In this document: positions 48,822-58,123 of the stretch, piece after piece | How positions within the stretch are numbered: position 1 is the stretch's first letter | Layout: every line of letters begins with the position of its first letter | Source of the DNA: an uncultured Chloroflexia bacterium | GTDB taxonomy: Bacteria > Chloroflexota > Limnocylindria > Limnocylindrales > CSP1-4 | DNA length: 64,000 nt | Assembly (NCBI GenBank): GCA_963749705.1 | Contig: CAVVNQ010000007.1 | Location: forward strand, 9,591 to 73,590 | Direction: 5' to 3' | Position numbers and translations under genes: made by a program | The notes under the pieces: model-generated | Told to the model about the DNA's origin: nothing | The model's input: the letters and a program-made list of their open reading frames with translations, nothing else | Databases searched by the model: none

Positions 48822-50060
48822 ATGACCACGACCTTCCGCGTGCCCGGCGCGATATTGACCGAGCGCGATCACGTCGTTCCTCTCGACCATGCGCGGCCCG
48901 ATGGCCCGACGATCACGGTGTTCACCCGTGAGGTCGCGGACCCCGACGGCCTGGACCGGCCGTACCTCGTGTTCCTCCAGGGCGGTCCGGGCTACGAGGC
49001 CGCCCGGCCGGTGCTGCCGGCGCCGGCCGGCTCGTGGATGCGACGCGCGCTGGCCGACTACCGGGTGCTGCTGCTCGACCAGCGCGGCACCGGGCGATCG
49101 ACGCCGGTCGGCCCGCAGATCCCGGGCGCGACGCCCGAGGCGCAGGCGACGTACCTGACCCGTTTCCGGGCCGACTCGATCGTGCGCGACGCCGAGCTCA
49201 TCCGGCAGGAGCTTGGCGTGGATCGCTGGAGCGTGCTGGGCCAGAGCTTCGGCGGGTTCACCAGCCTGGCGTACCTCTCGATCGCGCCCGAGGGCCTGCG
49301 CGAGGCGTTCCTGACCGGTGGCCTGACGCCCGTCGACGGGCGCTCGGTGGACGTCGTCTACCGCGCCACCTACCGACGCCTCATCGAGGCCAACCGGCGC
49401 TACTACGAGCGGTATCCGTCCGACCAGGCTCGCGTCCGCGAGATCCACCGCCGGCTCGAAGGCGAGGACATCCGGCTGCCGTCGGGCGACCGGCTGACCG
49501 TGCGCCGGTTCCGCCAGCTCGGGCTGTGGCTGGGGATGAGCGGCGGGTTCGAGCTGCTGCACCACGTCCTCGAGCTGCCCGTGGACTCGCCGGCCTTCGT
49601 GCACGACGTCGAGACCGCCCACGACTTCGGTCGCAACCCGATCTACGCGACGCTCCACGAGTCGTCGTACGCGGACGGCGTGGCCACCCGCTGGTCGGCT
49701 GATCGGCTGCTGCCCGAGGAGGTCCGCGACGGCGAGATGTTCACCGCCGAGCACATCTTCCCCTGGATGTTCGAGGACTACGGCGAGCTGCGGGCACACC
49801 GGGATGCCGCGCACCGGCTGGCCGAGCACCCCTGGCCGCGGCTCTACGACCAGGATCGCCTGCGCCACAACGAGGTGCCGGTCGCCGCGACGATCTACGC
49901 CAACGACCTGTATGTCGAGCGCGAGTTCGCCGAGGAGACGGCCGCCGTCGTTCGTGGGCTCCGTCCGTGGCTCACCGACGAGTACGAGCACAACGGGCTG
50001 CGCGCGGACGGGGAGCGGGTCCTGGGCCGGCTCATCGACCTCGTCCGGGGTCGTGCCTAG
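48822..50060 (+). CDS. Alpha/beta hydrolase, prolyl aminopeptidase (S33)-like
   Basis: FLQGGPGYE, LLDQRGTGRSTP, nucleophile elbow GQSFGG. Confidence 0.8.
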   Translation: MTTTFRVPGAILTERDHVVPLDHARPDGPTITVFTREVADPDGLDRPYLVFLQGGPGYEAARPVLPAPAGSWMRRALADYRVLLLDQRGTGRSTPVGPQIPGATPEAQATYLTRFRADSIVRDAELIRQELGVDRWSVLGQSFGGFTSLAYLSIAPEGLREAFLTGGLTPVDGRSVDVVYRATYRRLIEANRRYYERYPSDQARVREIHRRLEGEDIRLPSGDRLTVRRFRQLGLWLGMSGGFELLHHVLELPVDSPAFVHDVETAHDFGRNPIYATLHESSYADGVATRWSADRLLPEEVRDGEMFTAEHIFPWMFEDYGELRAHRDAAHRLAEHPWPRLYDQDRLRHNEVPVAATIYANDLYVEREFAEETAAVVRGLRPWLTDEYEHNGLRADGERVLGRLIDLVRGRA

Positions 50061-51315
50061 CGTGGACGGTCCCGCGGCAGGCGGCCGCGGAACGGGCGCC
50101 GATGTCGCGCTGCTGTTCCTGACCCGCGCCCTGCGGATGTTCGGGTACGGGTTCCTCGCCGTCGTCCTGGTCCTGTACCTGTCCTCGATCGGGCTGTCGG
50201 GCGGCGAGATCGGGCTGCTGCTCGGCCTGACCCTGCTTGGCGATGCGGCGGTCTCGCTGTGGCTGACCACCCACGCGGACCGGATCGGCCGGCGGCGGGT
50301 GCTCATGGTCGGCGCGATCCTGATGCTGGTCGCGGGGCTGGTGTTCGTGGCCACGCCCGTGTTCGCGGTGCTGCTGGTCGCCGCGACGATCGGCGTGCTC
50401 AGCCCGAGCGGCAACGAGGTGGGCCCGTTCCTCGCCGTCGAGCAGGCGGCGCTCGCGCAGCTGATCCCCGGCCGGCGCCGGACCGGCGTGTTCGCCTGGT
50501 ACCAGCTGACCGGGTCGTTCGCGACCGCTGCGGGCACGCTCGCGGGCGGTCTCGTGTCCCAGCTCGCGCTCGACCGTGGCGCCGACGCGCCCGATGCGTA
50601 CCGCCTGGTGATCGTGGGCTACGCGCTGGTCGGCGCCGCCCTCGCGCTGCTGTTCACGCGCGTGTCGGCGCGCGTCGAGGTGCCGGCGCAGGCGGTCGCC
50701 GACGGCACGATCCGCGACCGGCTCGGCCTCCACCGCTCGCGCTCGGTCGTGCTCCGCCTGTCGGCGCTGTTCGCGCTCGACGCGTTCGCCGGCGGGTTCG
50801 CGATCCAGAGCTTCATCGCGTTCTGGTTCCACGATCGATACGGCGTCGACCCGGCCGCGCTCGGCCTCGTCCTCGCGGCGGCCAACCTGCTGGCCGGGTT
50901 CTCGGCGCTCGCGGCGGGCCGGCTCGCCGCCCGGTTCGGGCTGGTGCGCACGATGGTGTTCACGCACCTGCCGTCGAACGTGCTGCTGATGCTCGTCCCG
51001 CTGATGCCGACGCTGCCCCTGGCCGTCGCGACGCTGCTCGCCCGCTTCGCGATCAGCCAGATGGACGTCCCGACCCGGCAGTCATACACGATGGCGATCG
51101 TCGCGCCCGACGAGCGCTCGGCTGCGGCCGGGGTGACCGGGATCGCGCGCAGTCTGGGGGTCGCGGCGGCGCCGCTGATCGCGGGTCCGCTGTTCGCGAC
51201 CGCCTCGCTGGCCAGCCTGCCGTTCCTCATCGCCGGTGGACTCAAGGTCGGCTACGACCTGCTCCTCTACCGCGCCTTCAGCCGTCTCCGCCCGCCGGAG
51301 GAGCTGGAGGGCTGA
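50053..51315 (+). CDS. MFS transporter
   Basis: 12 predicted TM. ADRIGRRRVLM loop motif. Start is GTG 50053 or 50062. Confidence 0.85.
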   Translation: MPSVDGPAAGGRGTGADVALLFLTRALRMFGYGFLAVVLVLYLSSIGLSGGEIGLLLGLTLLGDAAVSLWLTTHADRIGRRRVLMVGAILMLVAGLVFVATPVFAVLLVAATIGVLSPSGNEVGPFLAVEQAALAQLIPGRRRTGVFAWYQLTGSFATAAGTLAGGLVSQLALDRGADAPDAYRLVIVGYALVGAALALLFTRVSARVEVPAQAVADGTIRDRLGLHRSRSVVLRLSALFALDAFAGGFAIQSFIAFWFHDRYGVDPAALGLVLAAANLLAGFSALAAGRLAARFGLVRTMVFTHLPSNVLLMLVPLMPTLPLAVATLLARFAISQMDVPTRQSYTMAIVAPDERSAAAGVTGIARSLGVAAAPLIAGPLFATASLASLPFLIAGGLKVGYDLLLYRAFSRLRPPEELEG

Positions 51316-51464
51316 ACCGCTCGCCCGCGGCACGGACACCCCCTCCGGCACGGTCAGAGCGGGTGATCTGGCCGTCGGCGGAAGGTGGCCGGCCGTCGAC
51401 AATGTCGACCTTGCGTCCACACCGTCGTCGTTGCCCAGACGACCGACCGAGGTCCAGACCGACC

Positions 51465-54062
51465 ATGACCGTCGACGCGTTGACCCAGCACCAGCCAGAC
51501 CCGTTCCTGCCGCTGCCGGCGATGACCGCGGACGCGGCCCGGACCGAGGCCGAGCGCTGCCTGTACTGCTACGACGCGCCGTGCACGCGCGCCTGCCCCA
51601 CGGGCATCGACGTGCCCTCGTTCATCCGCAAGATCGCCACCGGCAACATCGAGGGCAGCGCCCGGACCATCCTCGCGGCGAACCCGCTGGGCGCAACGTG
51701 CGGCGCGGCGTGTCCCGTGGAGCGGCTGTGCGAGGGCGCCTGCGTGCGCAACGCCGTCGATCAGCCGATCGCCATCGGGCGGCTCCAGCGCCACGCCGTC
51801 GAGGCGTACGCGGCGTCCGGTGGTGCGTTCATCACGCCCGGCGAGGAGACGGGCCTGCGGGTGGCCATCGTGGGCGCCGGCCCGGCCGGCTTGGCCTGCG
51901 CGGCGGAGCTCCGGCGGGCGGGGATCAGCGTCACCCTGTACGAGGCCGACGAGCGGGCCGGCGGCCTTGGCGACCACGGCATCGTGCCCTGGCGCCTGCC
52001 GCGCGAGACCGTCGCCCTCGACGTGGCCGAGGTGGAGCGCGCCGGTGCCCGGTTCGAGCTGGGCGCGCGGATCGGCCGCGATGTCGATCCCGCCGACCTG
52101 CTGGCCACCCATGACGCGGTCGTGGTGGCCATCGGGCTGGGGCACGGCATGGAGCTCGGACTGCCCGGCGAGGACAAGGCCGGCGTGATCGACGCGCTGA
52201 CCCTGATCCGGCATGCGATCGACGGCGGACCGGGCGAGGCGCCGATCGGCCGCCGGGTGGGCGTGATCGGTGGTGGCAGCACCGCGTTCGACGCCGCCGC
52301 CGCTGCGGTCCGCCTCGGGGCCGAGGAGGTCACCCTGTTCTACCGGCGGAGCATCGCGGAATGCCCCGCGTATCCGCATGCGATCGAGCTCGCCCGACGT
52401 CTGGGCGTCACGATCCGCTGGCTGACCGCGCCGATCGAGATCCTGGGCGACCAACGGGTGACCGGGGTCGCGTTCGAGTCGATGCGCCTGGGCGCGCTGG
52501 ACGCCAGCGGGCGCCCGCGCCCGACGCCGGTGCACGGCTCGTGGTTCGAGGTTCCCCTCGACACGGTGGTGCGCGCCGTCGGCCAGGACGAGCCCGAGGG
52601 CGCCGCGAGCCTCCGGGCCGGCCTTGGACTGCCCGTGCGCCAGGACGGCGTCGTCGCCGACCCGGCGACCGGACGGACCAGCAGCCCCAGGGTCTGGGCC
52701 ATCGGCGACATCACGAGCGGCGGGGCCGAGGTCGTCAATGCCGTCCAGGCCGGCAAGCTCGCGGCGAGGTCGATCGTCGAGGCCCTCGGTGCGGGCGGGC
52801 CGCGGATCGTCCCGGTCAGGCCGACCGACGCGACCGTGCCCGGCGTGGACCTGTTCACGGACATGGCCGGGATCCGGTCGCCCAACCCGTTCTGGCTGGC
52901 CAGCTGCCCGATCACCAACAACGGCGACATGGTCGCCAGGGCATTCGACGCGGGCTGGGGCGGGGTCGTCTGGAAGACGATCGGCGCCCAGGTCCGCAAC
53001 GTCACGTCGCGCCTGGGCTCGCTCGACGTCGACGGCCGGCGCCTGGTCGGGCTGTCGAACATCGAGCTCATCAGCGACCGCCCGACCGAGGACAACCTGA
53101 CCGAGATCGCCGACATCAAGCGGCGCTACCCGAACCAGGCGGTGGTCGTGTCGCTGATGGTCGAGTCCAACCGCGAGGCGTGGCACGAGATCGTGCGCAA
53201 GGTGAACGACACCGGCGCGGACGGCTTCGAGCTCAACTTCGGCTGCCCGCACGGGATGAGCGAGCGGGGCATGGGCGCGGCCGTGGGGCAGGTCCCCGAG
53301 TACGTCCGGATGATCACGGAATGGGTGATGGAGACCGCCGAGCTGCCGGTGCTCGTCAAGCTCACGCCCAACGTGACCGACATCCGACCGCCCGCCAGGG
53401 CCGCCCGCGCCGGCGGCGCCGACGGGATCGCGCTGATCAACACCGTCAGCTCGCTGATCGGCGTCAACCTCGATACCTGGGCGCCGGTTCCGGACGTTCG
53501 CGGACGCGGCAGCCACGGCGGGTTCTCGGGGCCGGCCGTCAAGCCGATCGCCCTGCACATGGTGTCTGCCGTGTCGTCCGACCCGGACGTGCGCATCCCG
53601 GTCTCCGGCATCGGCGGCATCGCCGATTGGCGGGACGCGGTCGAGTTCCTGCTCGTCGGCGCGACCACGGTCCAGGTGGGCACGACGGTCATGCACCTGG
53701 GCTACCGGATCATCGACGACCTCGTCGACGGCCTGTCGACCTACCTCCGCGCGAAGGGCCTGCACAGCCCGTCCGAGCTCGTCGGGCGCGCGCTGCCCAC
53801 GCTCGGTGACTGGGGTGAGCTCGACCAGACGTTCCGGCTGCTTGCCCACATCGACGAGTCGCGCTGCATCCACTGCAACGCGTGCTACGCCGCGTGCAAC
53901 GACGGCGCCCACCAGGCGATCCGCCTCGACGGGCACAACGGCACGTCGCGGCTGTCCGTGGACGGTGACTACTGCGTCGGCTGCCGGCTGTGCCAGTACG
54001 TGTGCCCGGTCGACGGGTGCATCACGTTCGAGGAGCTCGAGGGGGCGGCCGCACCGCACTGA
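51465..54062 (+). CDS. Single-chain NAD(P)H-dependent dihydropyrimidine dehydrogenase (PreT-PreA fusion, animal-DPD-like domain order)
   Basis: 865 aa. N-terminal Fe-S helical domain (CLYCYDAPCTRACP; CGAACPVERLCEGAC), VAIVGAGPAGLACA and VGVIGGGSTAFD folds, FMN domain ELNFGCPHGMSERGMG, and C-terminal 2x ferredoxin (CIHCNACYAAC; CVGCRLCQYVCP). The first 402 codons of ORF 50259..54062 overlap the MFS gene in another frame and are artefact. Confidence 0.9.
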   Translation: MTVDALTQHQPDPFLPLPAMTADAARTEAERCLYCYDAPCTRACPTGIDVPSFIRKIATGNIEGSARTILAANPLGATCGAACPVERLCEGACVRNAVDQPIAIGRLQRHAVEAYAASGGAFITPGEETGLRVAIVGAGPAGLACAAELRRAGISVTLYEADERAGGLGDHGIVPWRLPRETVALDVAEVERAGARFELGARIGRDVDPADLLATHDAVVVAIGLGHGMELGLPGEDKAGVIDALTLIRHAIDGGPGEAPIGRRVGVIGGGSTAFDAAAAAVRLGAEEVTLFYRRSIAECPAYPHAIELARRLGVTIRWLTAPIEILGDQRVTGVAFESMRLGALDASGRPRPTPVHGSWFEVPLDTVVRAVGQDEPEGAASLRAGLGLPVRQDGVVADPATGRTSSPRVWAIGDITSGGAEVVNAVQAGKLAARSIVEALGAGGPRIVPVRPTDATVPGVDLFTDMAGIRSPNPFWLASCPITNNGDMVARAFDAGWGGVVWKTIGAQVRNVTSRLGSLDVDGRRLVGLSNIELISDRPTEDNLTEIADIKRRYPNQAVVVSLMVESNREAWHEIVRKVNDTGADGFELNFGCPHGMSERGMGAAVGQVPEYVRMITEWVMETAELPVLVKLTPNVTDIRPPARAARAGGADGIALINTVSSLIGVNLDTWAPVPDVRGRGSHGGFSGPAVKPIALHMVSAVSSDPDVRIPVSGIGGIADWRDAVEFLLVGATTVQVGTTVMHLGYRIIDDLVDGLSTYLRAKGLHSPSELVGRALPTLGDWGELDQTFRLLAHIDESRCIHCNACYAACNDGAHQAIRLDGHNGTSRLSVDGDYCVGCRLCQYVCPVDGCITFEELEGAAAPH

Positions 54063-54161
54063 GACCTGGCCGTACCGGGGGCTCCTCCGGACTCCAGACG
54101 GCGACCTGGGCGAGCGCTGCCGCCAGGCCCGTCGCGGCCGCCGCAGTGGGATACTCCGCCC

Positions 54162-54827
54162 GTGGGCAGCTGCTGCGGCGGAGGCATTCCCTCCTGCGAA
54201 CACGTCTTTGACCAGCGGACGGCGGACGACGACCTGCGCCGGTTTCGCGCAGGCGGTCCGTCGTGGGCGACGAGCGAGCTGATCGACGCGCTGACCGACG
54301 GGCTCGACGTATCCGGCCTCTCGGTGGTCGACATCGGTGGCGGCGTCGGGGCGGTCCACATCGGGCTGCTCGAGCTCGGTGCCCGGGATGCGGTCGACAT
54401 CGACGGATCGAGCGCGTACCTCGCGGCCGCGCGGGCCGAGGCGACGCGGCGCGGTCTCGATGACCGGGTCACCCACATCCTGGGCGACGTGACCGGCCTG
54501 GTCGGCGATGTCGCACCGGCTGACCTGGTGGCGCTTGACCGCGTGGTCTGCTGCTATGCCGATGCGCCGGCGCTGGTGGCGGCGGCCGCGGCGCTCGCGA
54601 CCCGGCGGGTGGGTCTCGTGTATCCGCGCGACACCTGGTGGATCCGGATCGGGGTCACCATCTCCAACCCGATCATGTTCCGTCGATCGGCCGGATACCG
54701 GATGCGCGTCCATCGCCCGACGCTGCTCGCCGCAGTGTTGCGCACGGCGGGCTTCCGACGCCGACGGATCCGCGACGGGCACGTGTGGCGCGTCGAGGCC
54801 TGGGAGCGCGAGGCACCGGCAGCGTAG
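54162..54827 (+). CDS. Class I SAM-dependent methyltransferase with an N-terminal Cys-rich motif
   Basis: VVDIGGGVGAV SAM motif I. N-terminus GSCCGGGIPSC followed by FDQRTADDDLRRFRAGGP. Confidence 0.7.
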   Translation: MGSCCGGGIPSCEHVFDQRTADDDLRRFRAGGPSWATSELIDALTDGLDVSGLSVVDIGGGVGAVHIGLLELGARDAVDIDGSSAYLAAARAEATRRGLDDRVTHILGDVTGLVGDVAPADLVALDRVVCCYADAPALVAAAAALATRRVGLVYPRDTWWIRIGVTISNPIMFRRSAGYRMRVHRPTLLAAVLRTAGFRRRRIRDGHVWRVEAWEREAPAA

Positions 54828-54860
54828 GTCGGCGGCGCGAACGGGGCGCCGTGGTCGATC

Positions 54861-54918
54861 CGAGTCGGCTACGCCGCGAGTCGGCTACGCCGCGAGTCGG
54901 CTACGCCGCGAGTCGGCC
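54861..54918. repeat. Tandem repeat, 16-nt unit CGAGTCGGCTACGCCG x3 plus a 10-nt partial copy
   Basis: Three perfect copies at 54861-54908, then cgagtcggcc. Lies between convergent genes. Confidence 0.95.
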
Positions 54919-54927
54919 GCGCGAACG

Positions 54928-55807
54928 TCAGGCCGCCGATCCGTCTCCCAGGACAGCGGCGAGCCGCGCCGCCCACCTCGCCCGGTCGGCCGCGGCGTCG
55001 GCCGTGGCCAGTCGCTCCAGGAGCTGGAGGGGCTGGAGCCAGGCGAACGCCCGGGGTTCGCGTTCCGGCAGCCCGGCGACGTCGGCGAACGATCGCCAGG
55101 CGGTCCGCGCCATGTCCGGGTGGTGATGGCCGACGACCCATGCGAACCATGCCCCGTCGAACAGCGGATGGGCGAGCCGGGCGCGGTCGAGGTCGAGGAC
55201 CGCGGCCACATCGGTTCCGCGCACGAGGACGTTGACGGGCGCGAGGTCGCCGTGGGCGAAGACCGACGGGACGCGGTCCGTGTCCCGGGCCGCGATGCCG
55301 AGGACCTCGCCGAGCCTCGCGGTGAGCGCGCTCATCCAGCAGGTCGGCGCAGCGCCGCAGCCACGCCCCACCGGTGGCCTGCAGGGCTTCGCCGGACGCC
55401 CAGTCGCCGGGGAGCGTGAGCGCGCCCGGGTCGATGGCGGACAGTCGGGCCGCGACCTGCCCACAGGTGCGCCCGACGACCATCGCTCCCGAACGGTCGC
55501 CCAGGAGCTCCGACCCCGGCCGCCCCTCGACGAACGGAATGGTGAGGATCGCGTGGCCGCCGTCACGCGCGACGAGCCGGGGCTCGGGGACCCGCAGGCC
55601 CGTGTGCCGGACCGCGGCCCGGATCGAGCGTGGTCCGGGCTCCGTGGGTTCCGAGGCGTCGGCCCGACGCTGGACGACCAGCCGTCGCCCGTCACCCGTG
55701 AGGAGCCAGGTCTCATGGTCGAAGCCCCACCGTGCGCGGGTCGCGCTCGGGGCTCCGTCGGGCCGCGCGGCGAGGACCCAGGCGGGCGGCCGATCTCCGC
55801 TCACCAT
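54928..55807 (-). pseudogene. Aminoglycoside/choline-kinase-type phosphotransferase (APH family) with an apparent frameshift near 55330-55345
   Basis: The N-terminal half is in the frame of ORF 54869..55807 (WLLTGDGRRLVVQR...ILTIPFVEGRPG). The C-terminal half is in the frame of ORF 54928..55716 (FAHGDLAPVNVLV...AVLDLDRA). Confidence 0.7.
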
Positions 55808-56775
55808 GCCTCGCGCCCGGGCGCACCGTCGTCAGCGTCCTCGAACTCGCCCGGCTCGACGGGACCGCCGGGCGTGACCTGGGCCGCCGGCGCGCTGCGG
55901 AGCGTGATGATCCCGCCCACCGCGATCGTCGCCGCCCCGGCCACCGCGCGCGCGATGATCGCCTCGCCGAAGATGACGGCGCCCGCGGTGAACGACCACA
56001 CCAGCGAGAGGTATCCCAGCGGGGCGAGATCGCTCGCCCGGCCGCGCTGGTAGGCGGCGACCAGCAGCCGGTGGCCAAGCAGCGCAGACAGGCCGACCAC
56101 GCCGGTCCCGATCCACTCCAGGGGCGTCGGCGACGTCGGCGTCGGCACCCCGACCTCGAGCACCAGCGCGGCCACCAGCCCGACCAGCCCGGAGAGGAAC
56201 ACCGTCACCTCGGCCGGCTCGTCGCTCAGCGAACGGGTGAGCAGGCTGAACAGGGCATAGGCCAATGCCGTTCCCAGCGGCACCAGCATTGCGAGCTTGA
56301 GCTCCGCCGCATCGAGCCCGACCAGGATCACCACGCCCGTGAAGCCGATGATCGCGCCCAGCCCCGCAGCGCGGCTGACCCGCTCGCCGAGCAGCGGACC
56401 CGCGAGCAGGACCACGATCAGGGGTGTCGTGTTTCCGAGGGCGCTGACCTCGGCGATCGGCAGCAGCGACAGGGCGAGGAAGTAGGTCGCGGTCGCGGCG
56501 AACATCGCCAGCCCACGGGCGAGCTGGGTCCACGGCCGCCTGGTCGCGAGCAGCCGGCCCGGATGCCGGCCGCCGGCGATCAGCGCGAACGCCACGAGGT
56601 AGGAGACGTGCCGGCCGAACACGACGTGCACCACGGGCTGCTGCCCGACGAGCGTCTTGGTCATCGAGTCCGTCGCGACGAACACGATCCCGGCGAGCAT
56701 GAAGATGAGCGCGCCGCGGCGGGCCGTGGACAGGCCCGCGAAGCGAGCCGCGACCGGGTGGGTGGATGCGGTCAC
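55801..56775 (-). CDS. EamA/DMT-family transporter
   Basis: 10-TM pattern with two EamA-like halves. GTG 56775 is the proposed start. Its stop overlaps the APH start by 7 nt. Confidence 0.8.
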   Translation of the reverse strand: MTASTHPVAARFAGLSTARRGALIFMLAGIVFVATDSMTKTLVGQQPVVHVVFGRHVSYLVAFALIAGGRHPGRLLATRRPWTQLARGLAMFAATATYFLALSLLPIAEVSALGNTTPLIVVLLAGPLLGERVSRAAGLGAIIGFTGVVILVGLDAAELKLAMLVPLGTALAYALFSLLTRSLSDEPAEVTVFLSGLVGLVAALVLEVGVPTPTSPTPLEWIGTGVVGLSALLGHRLLVAAYQRGRASDLAPLGYLSLVWSFTAGAVIFGEAIIARAVAGAATIAVGGIITLRSAPAAQVTPGGPVEPGEFEDADDGAPGREAW

Positions 56776-56783
56776 CGGGTCGG

Positions 56784-58115
56784 TCAGTCGGGCAGGATGT
56801 CGGTCAGGTTCCCCATCGCGTCGAACCCGATCGGAGCCGGCGGGCGCTCCACCCGGCATCGCCCGGTGGCGAGCAGCTCGGGCAGGAGTCCCTCGGACGC
56901 GTAGAACCACTCGAGGTGCTTCGTGTCCCGCAGCCGCACGATGCGCGCCGTGTCCGCGGACACCTTGAGGCAGCACGCGATCGCGGCGTCAAGCGCGTCC
57001 CGGTCCGTGTCCACCGTGAGCGCCACCCGCGCGCCCTCGGGGGTCTTGGCCGTGATGCAGTTCATGTAGGTCTTGGCCACGTCCATCGCGTCGGCCGCCC
57101 GCCCGAGGACCACGTCGGCCATGCCGATCCCGACCGCGTTGCCCTCGGTGGCCTCGGTCAGGCCGCGGACGATGATCCGCTGGATGAGCGGGTCCCTGCC
57201 GGTGGGCCCGGTGTAGTAGCGTCCGACGACGTTGGAGTCCATCCCCAGCCCGCTGATGTCCTTGCCGATCTGGTCCAGGATCAGGACGTCGAGCGTGCTG
57301 AGCGGCAGCCGGGCGAGGTGCGCATCCGCCTCCTCCAGCAGCGCCCGCTCGCGCTGGTGCATCTCCGCGGCCGGGACGGCCTCGATCCGGCGAAGACGGG
57401 CATAGCCGTTCTCGATCAGGGCCAGGCCGAACGGGATCGGCGCCCTGGCAAGGGTGTGCTCGGCGACGGCGGGGATGAGCTCCGCGAAGGTGGAGAAGCC
57501 CTCGCGGTGGAAGGTGTCGGCACCGCGCTGCTTGCCGAGACCGATCGCGATCATCTTGAGCAGCCCGCTCTCGATCGGTCCCGAGAAGTCGGTGTGCGGC
57601 TTCACCCGGTTGACGGGGATGATGACGTCGGCGCCGGTCAGCGCCAGGCGATCAACGAACACGGGCACGCCCCGGACCTCGCCGATCTCCACCGTGTCCA
57701 TGCTCGAGCGGATCTCACACCCGATGGTGTCCTCGCGGATCCCCAGCGAGGCGAGCACCGCCGCCTGGCCGTCCGCGGTCGCGCCGCCGTGACTGCCCAT
57801 CGCGGGCACGGCGAACACCTCGAGCCCCGAGGCGCGGAGCGCCGCGACCGTCGCACGGGCGACCTCGGCGATCCGGTCGATGCCCCGGCTGCCCAGCGCC
57901 ACGCACGCCCGGCCCCCCGTCGGCAGCCGGTCGCGCACCGGCGCGAGAGCGTCGGCCACGGCCGAATCGATGTCACCGACCTCGGTCCGGTCCATCTCGT
58001 GCCGGACCAGGGCCCACGAGGGGAGCGCCTCGTGGCGGAACACGTCAAGCCACGAGCCGGGCGCACGCGCCCCGATCTCGGGGACCGGCGGATCGTCGTC
58101 CCGGCGGATCGTCAT
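56784..58115 (-). CDS. LarA-like / DUF2088 (lactate-racemase N-terminal domain) protein
   Basis: 443 aa. AVPAMGSHGGAT and VIIPVNRVKPHTDF segments as I recall for DUF2088-type proteins. SD AGGAAGG. Confidence 0.5.
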   Translation of the reverse strand: MTIRRDDDPPVPEIGARAPGSWLDVFRHEALPSWALVRHEMDRTEVGDIDSAVADALAPVRDRLPTGGRACVALGSRGIDRIAEVARATVAALRASGLEVFAVPAMGSHGGATADGQAAVLASLGIREDTIGCEIRSSMDTVEIGEVRGVPVFVDRLALTGADVIIPVNRVKPHTDFSGPIESGLLKMIAIGLGKQRGADTFHREGFSTFAELIPAVAEHTLARAPIPFGLALIENGYARLRRIEAVPAAEMHQRERALLEEADAHLARLPLSTLDVLILDQIGKDISGLGMDSNVVGRYYTGPTGRDPLIQRIIVRGLTEATEGNAVGIGMADVVLGRAADAMDVAKTYMNCITAKTPEGARVALTVDTDRDALDAAIACCLKVSADTARIVRLRDTKHLEWFYASEGLLPELLATGRCRVERPPAPIGFDAMGNLTDILPD

Positions 58116-58123
58116 CGCCTTCC

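Noticed and set aside
50259-51464. N-terminal 402 codons of the 1267-aa ORF 50259..54062
   Set aside because: It overlaps the MFS transporter gene out of frame and is compositionally junk. DPD homology and a plausible ATG begin at 51465.
54861-54918. The tandem repeat as a CRISPR array
   Set aside because: The units are contiguous 16-mers with no spacers, there are only 3.6 copies, and there are no cas genes.
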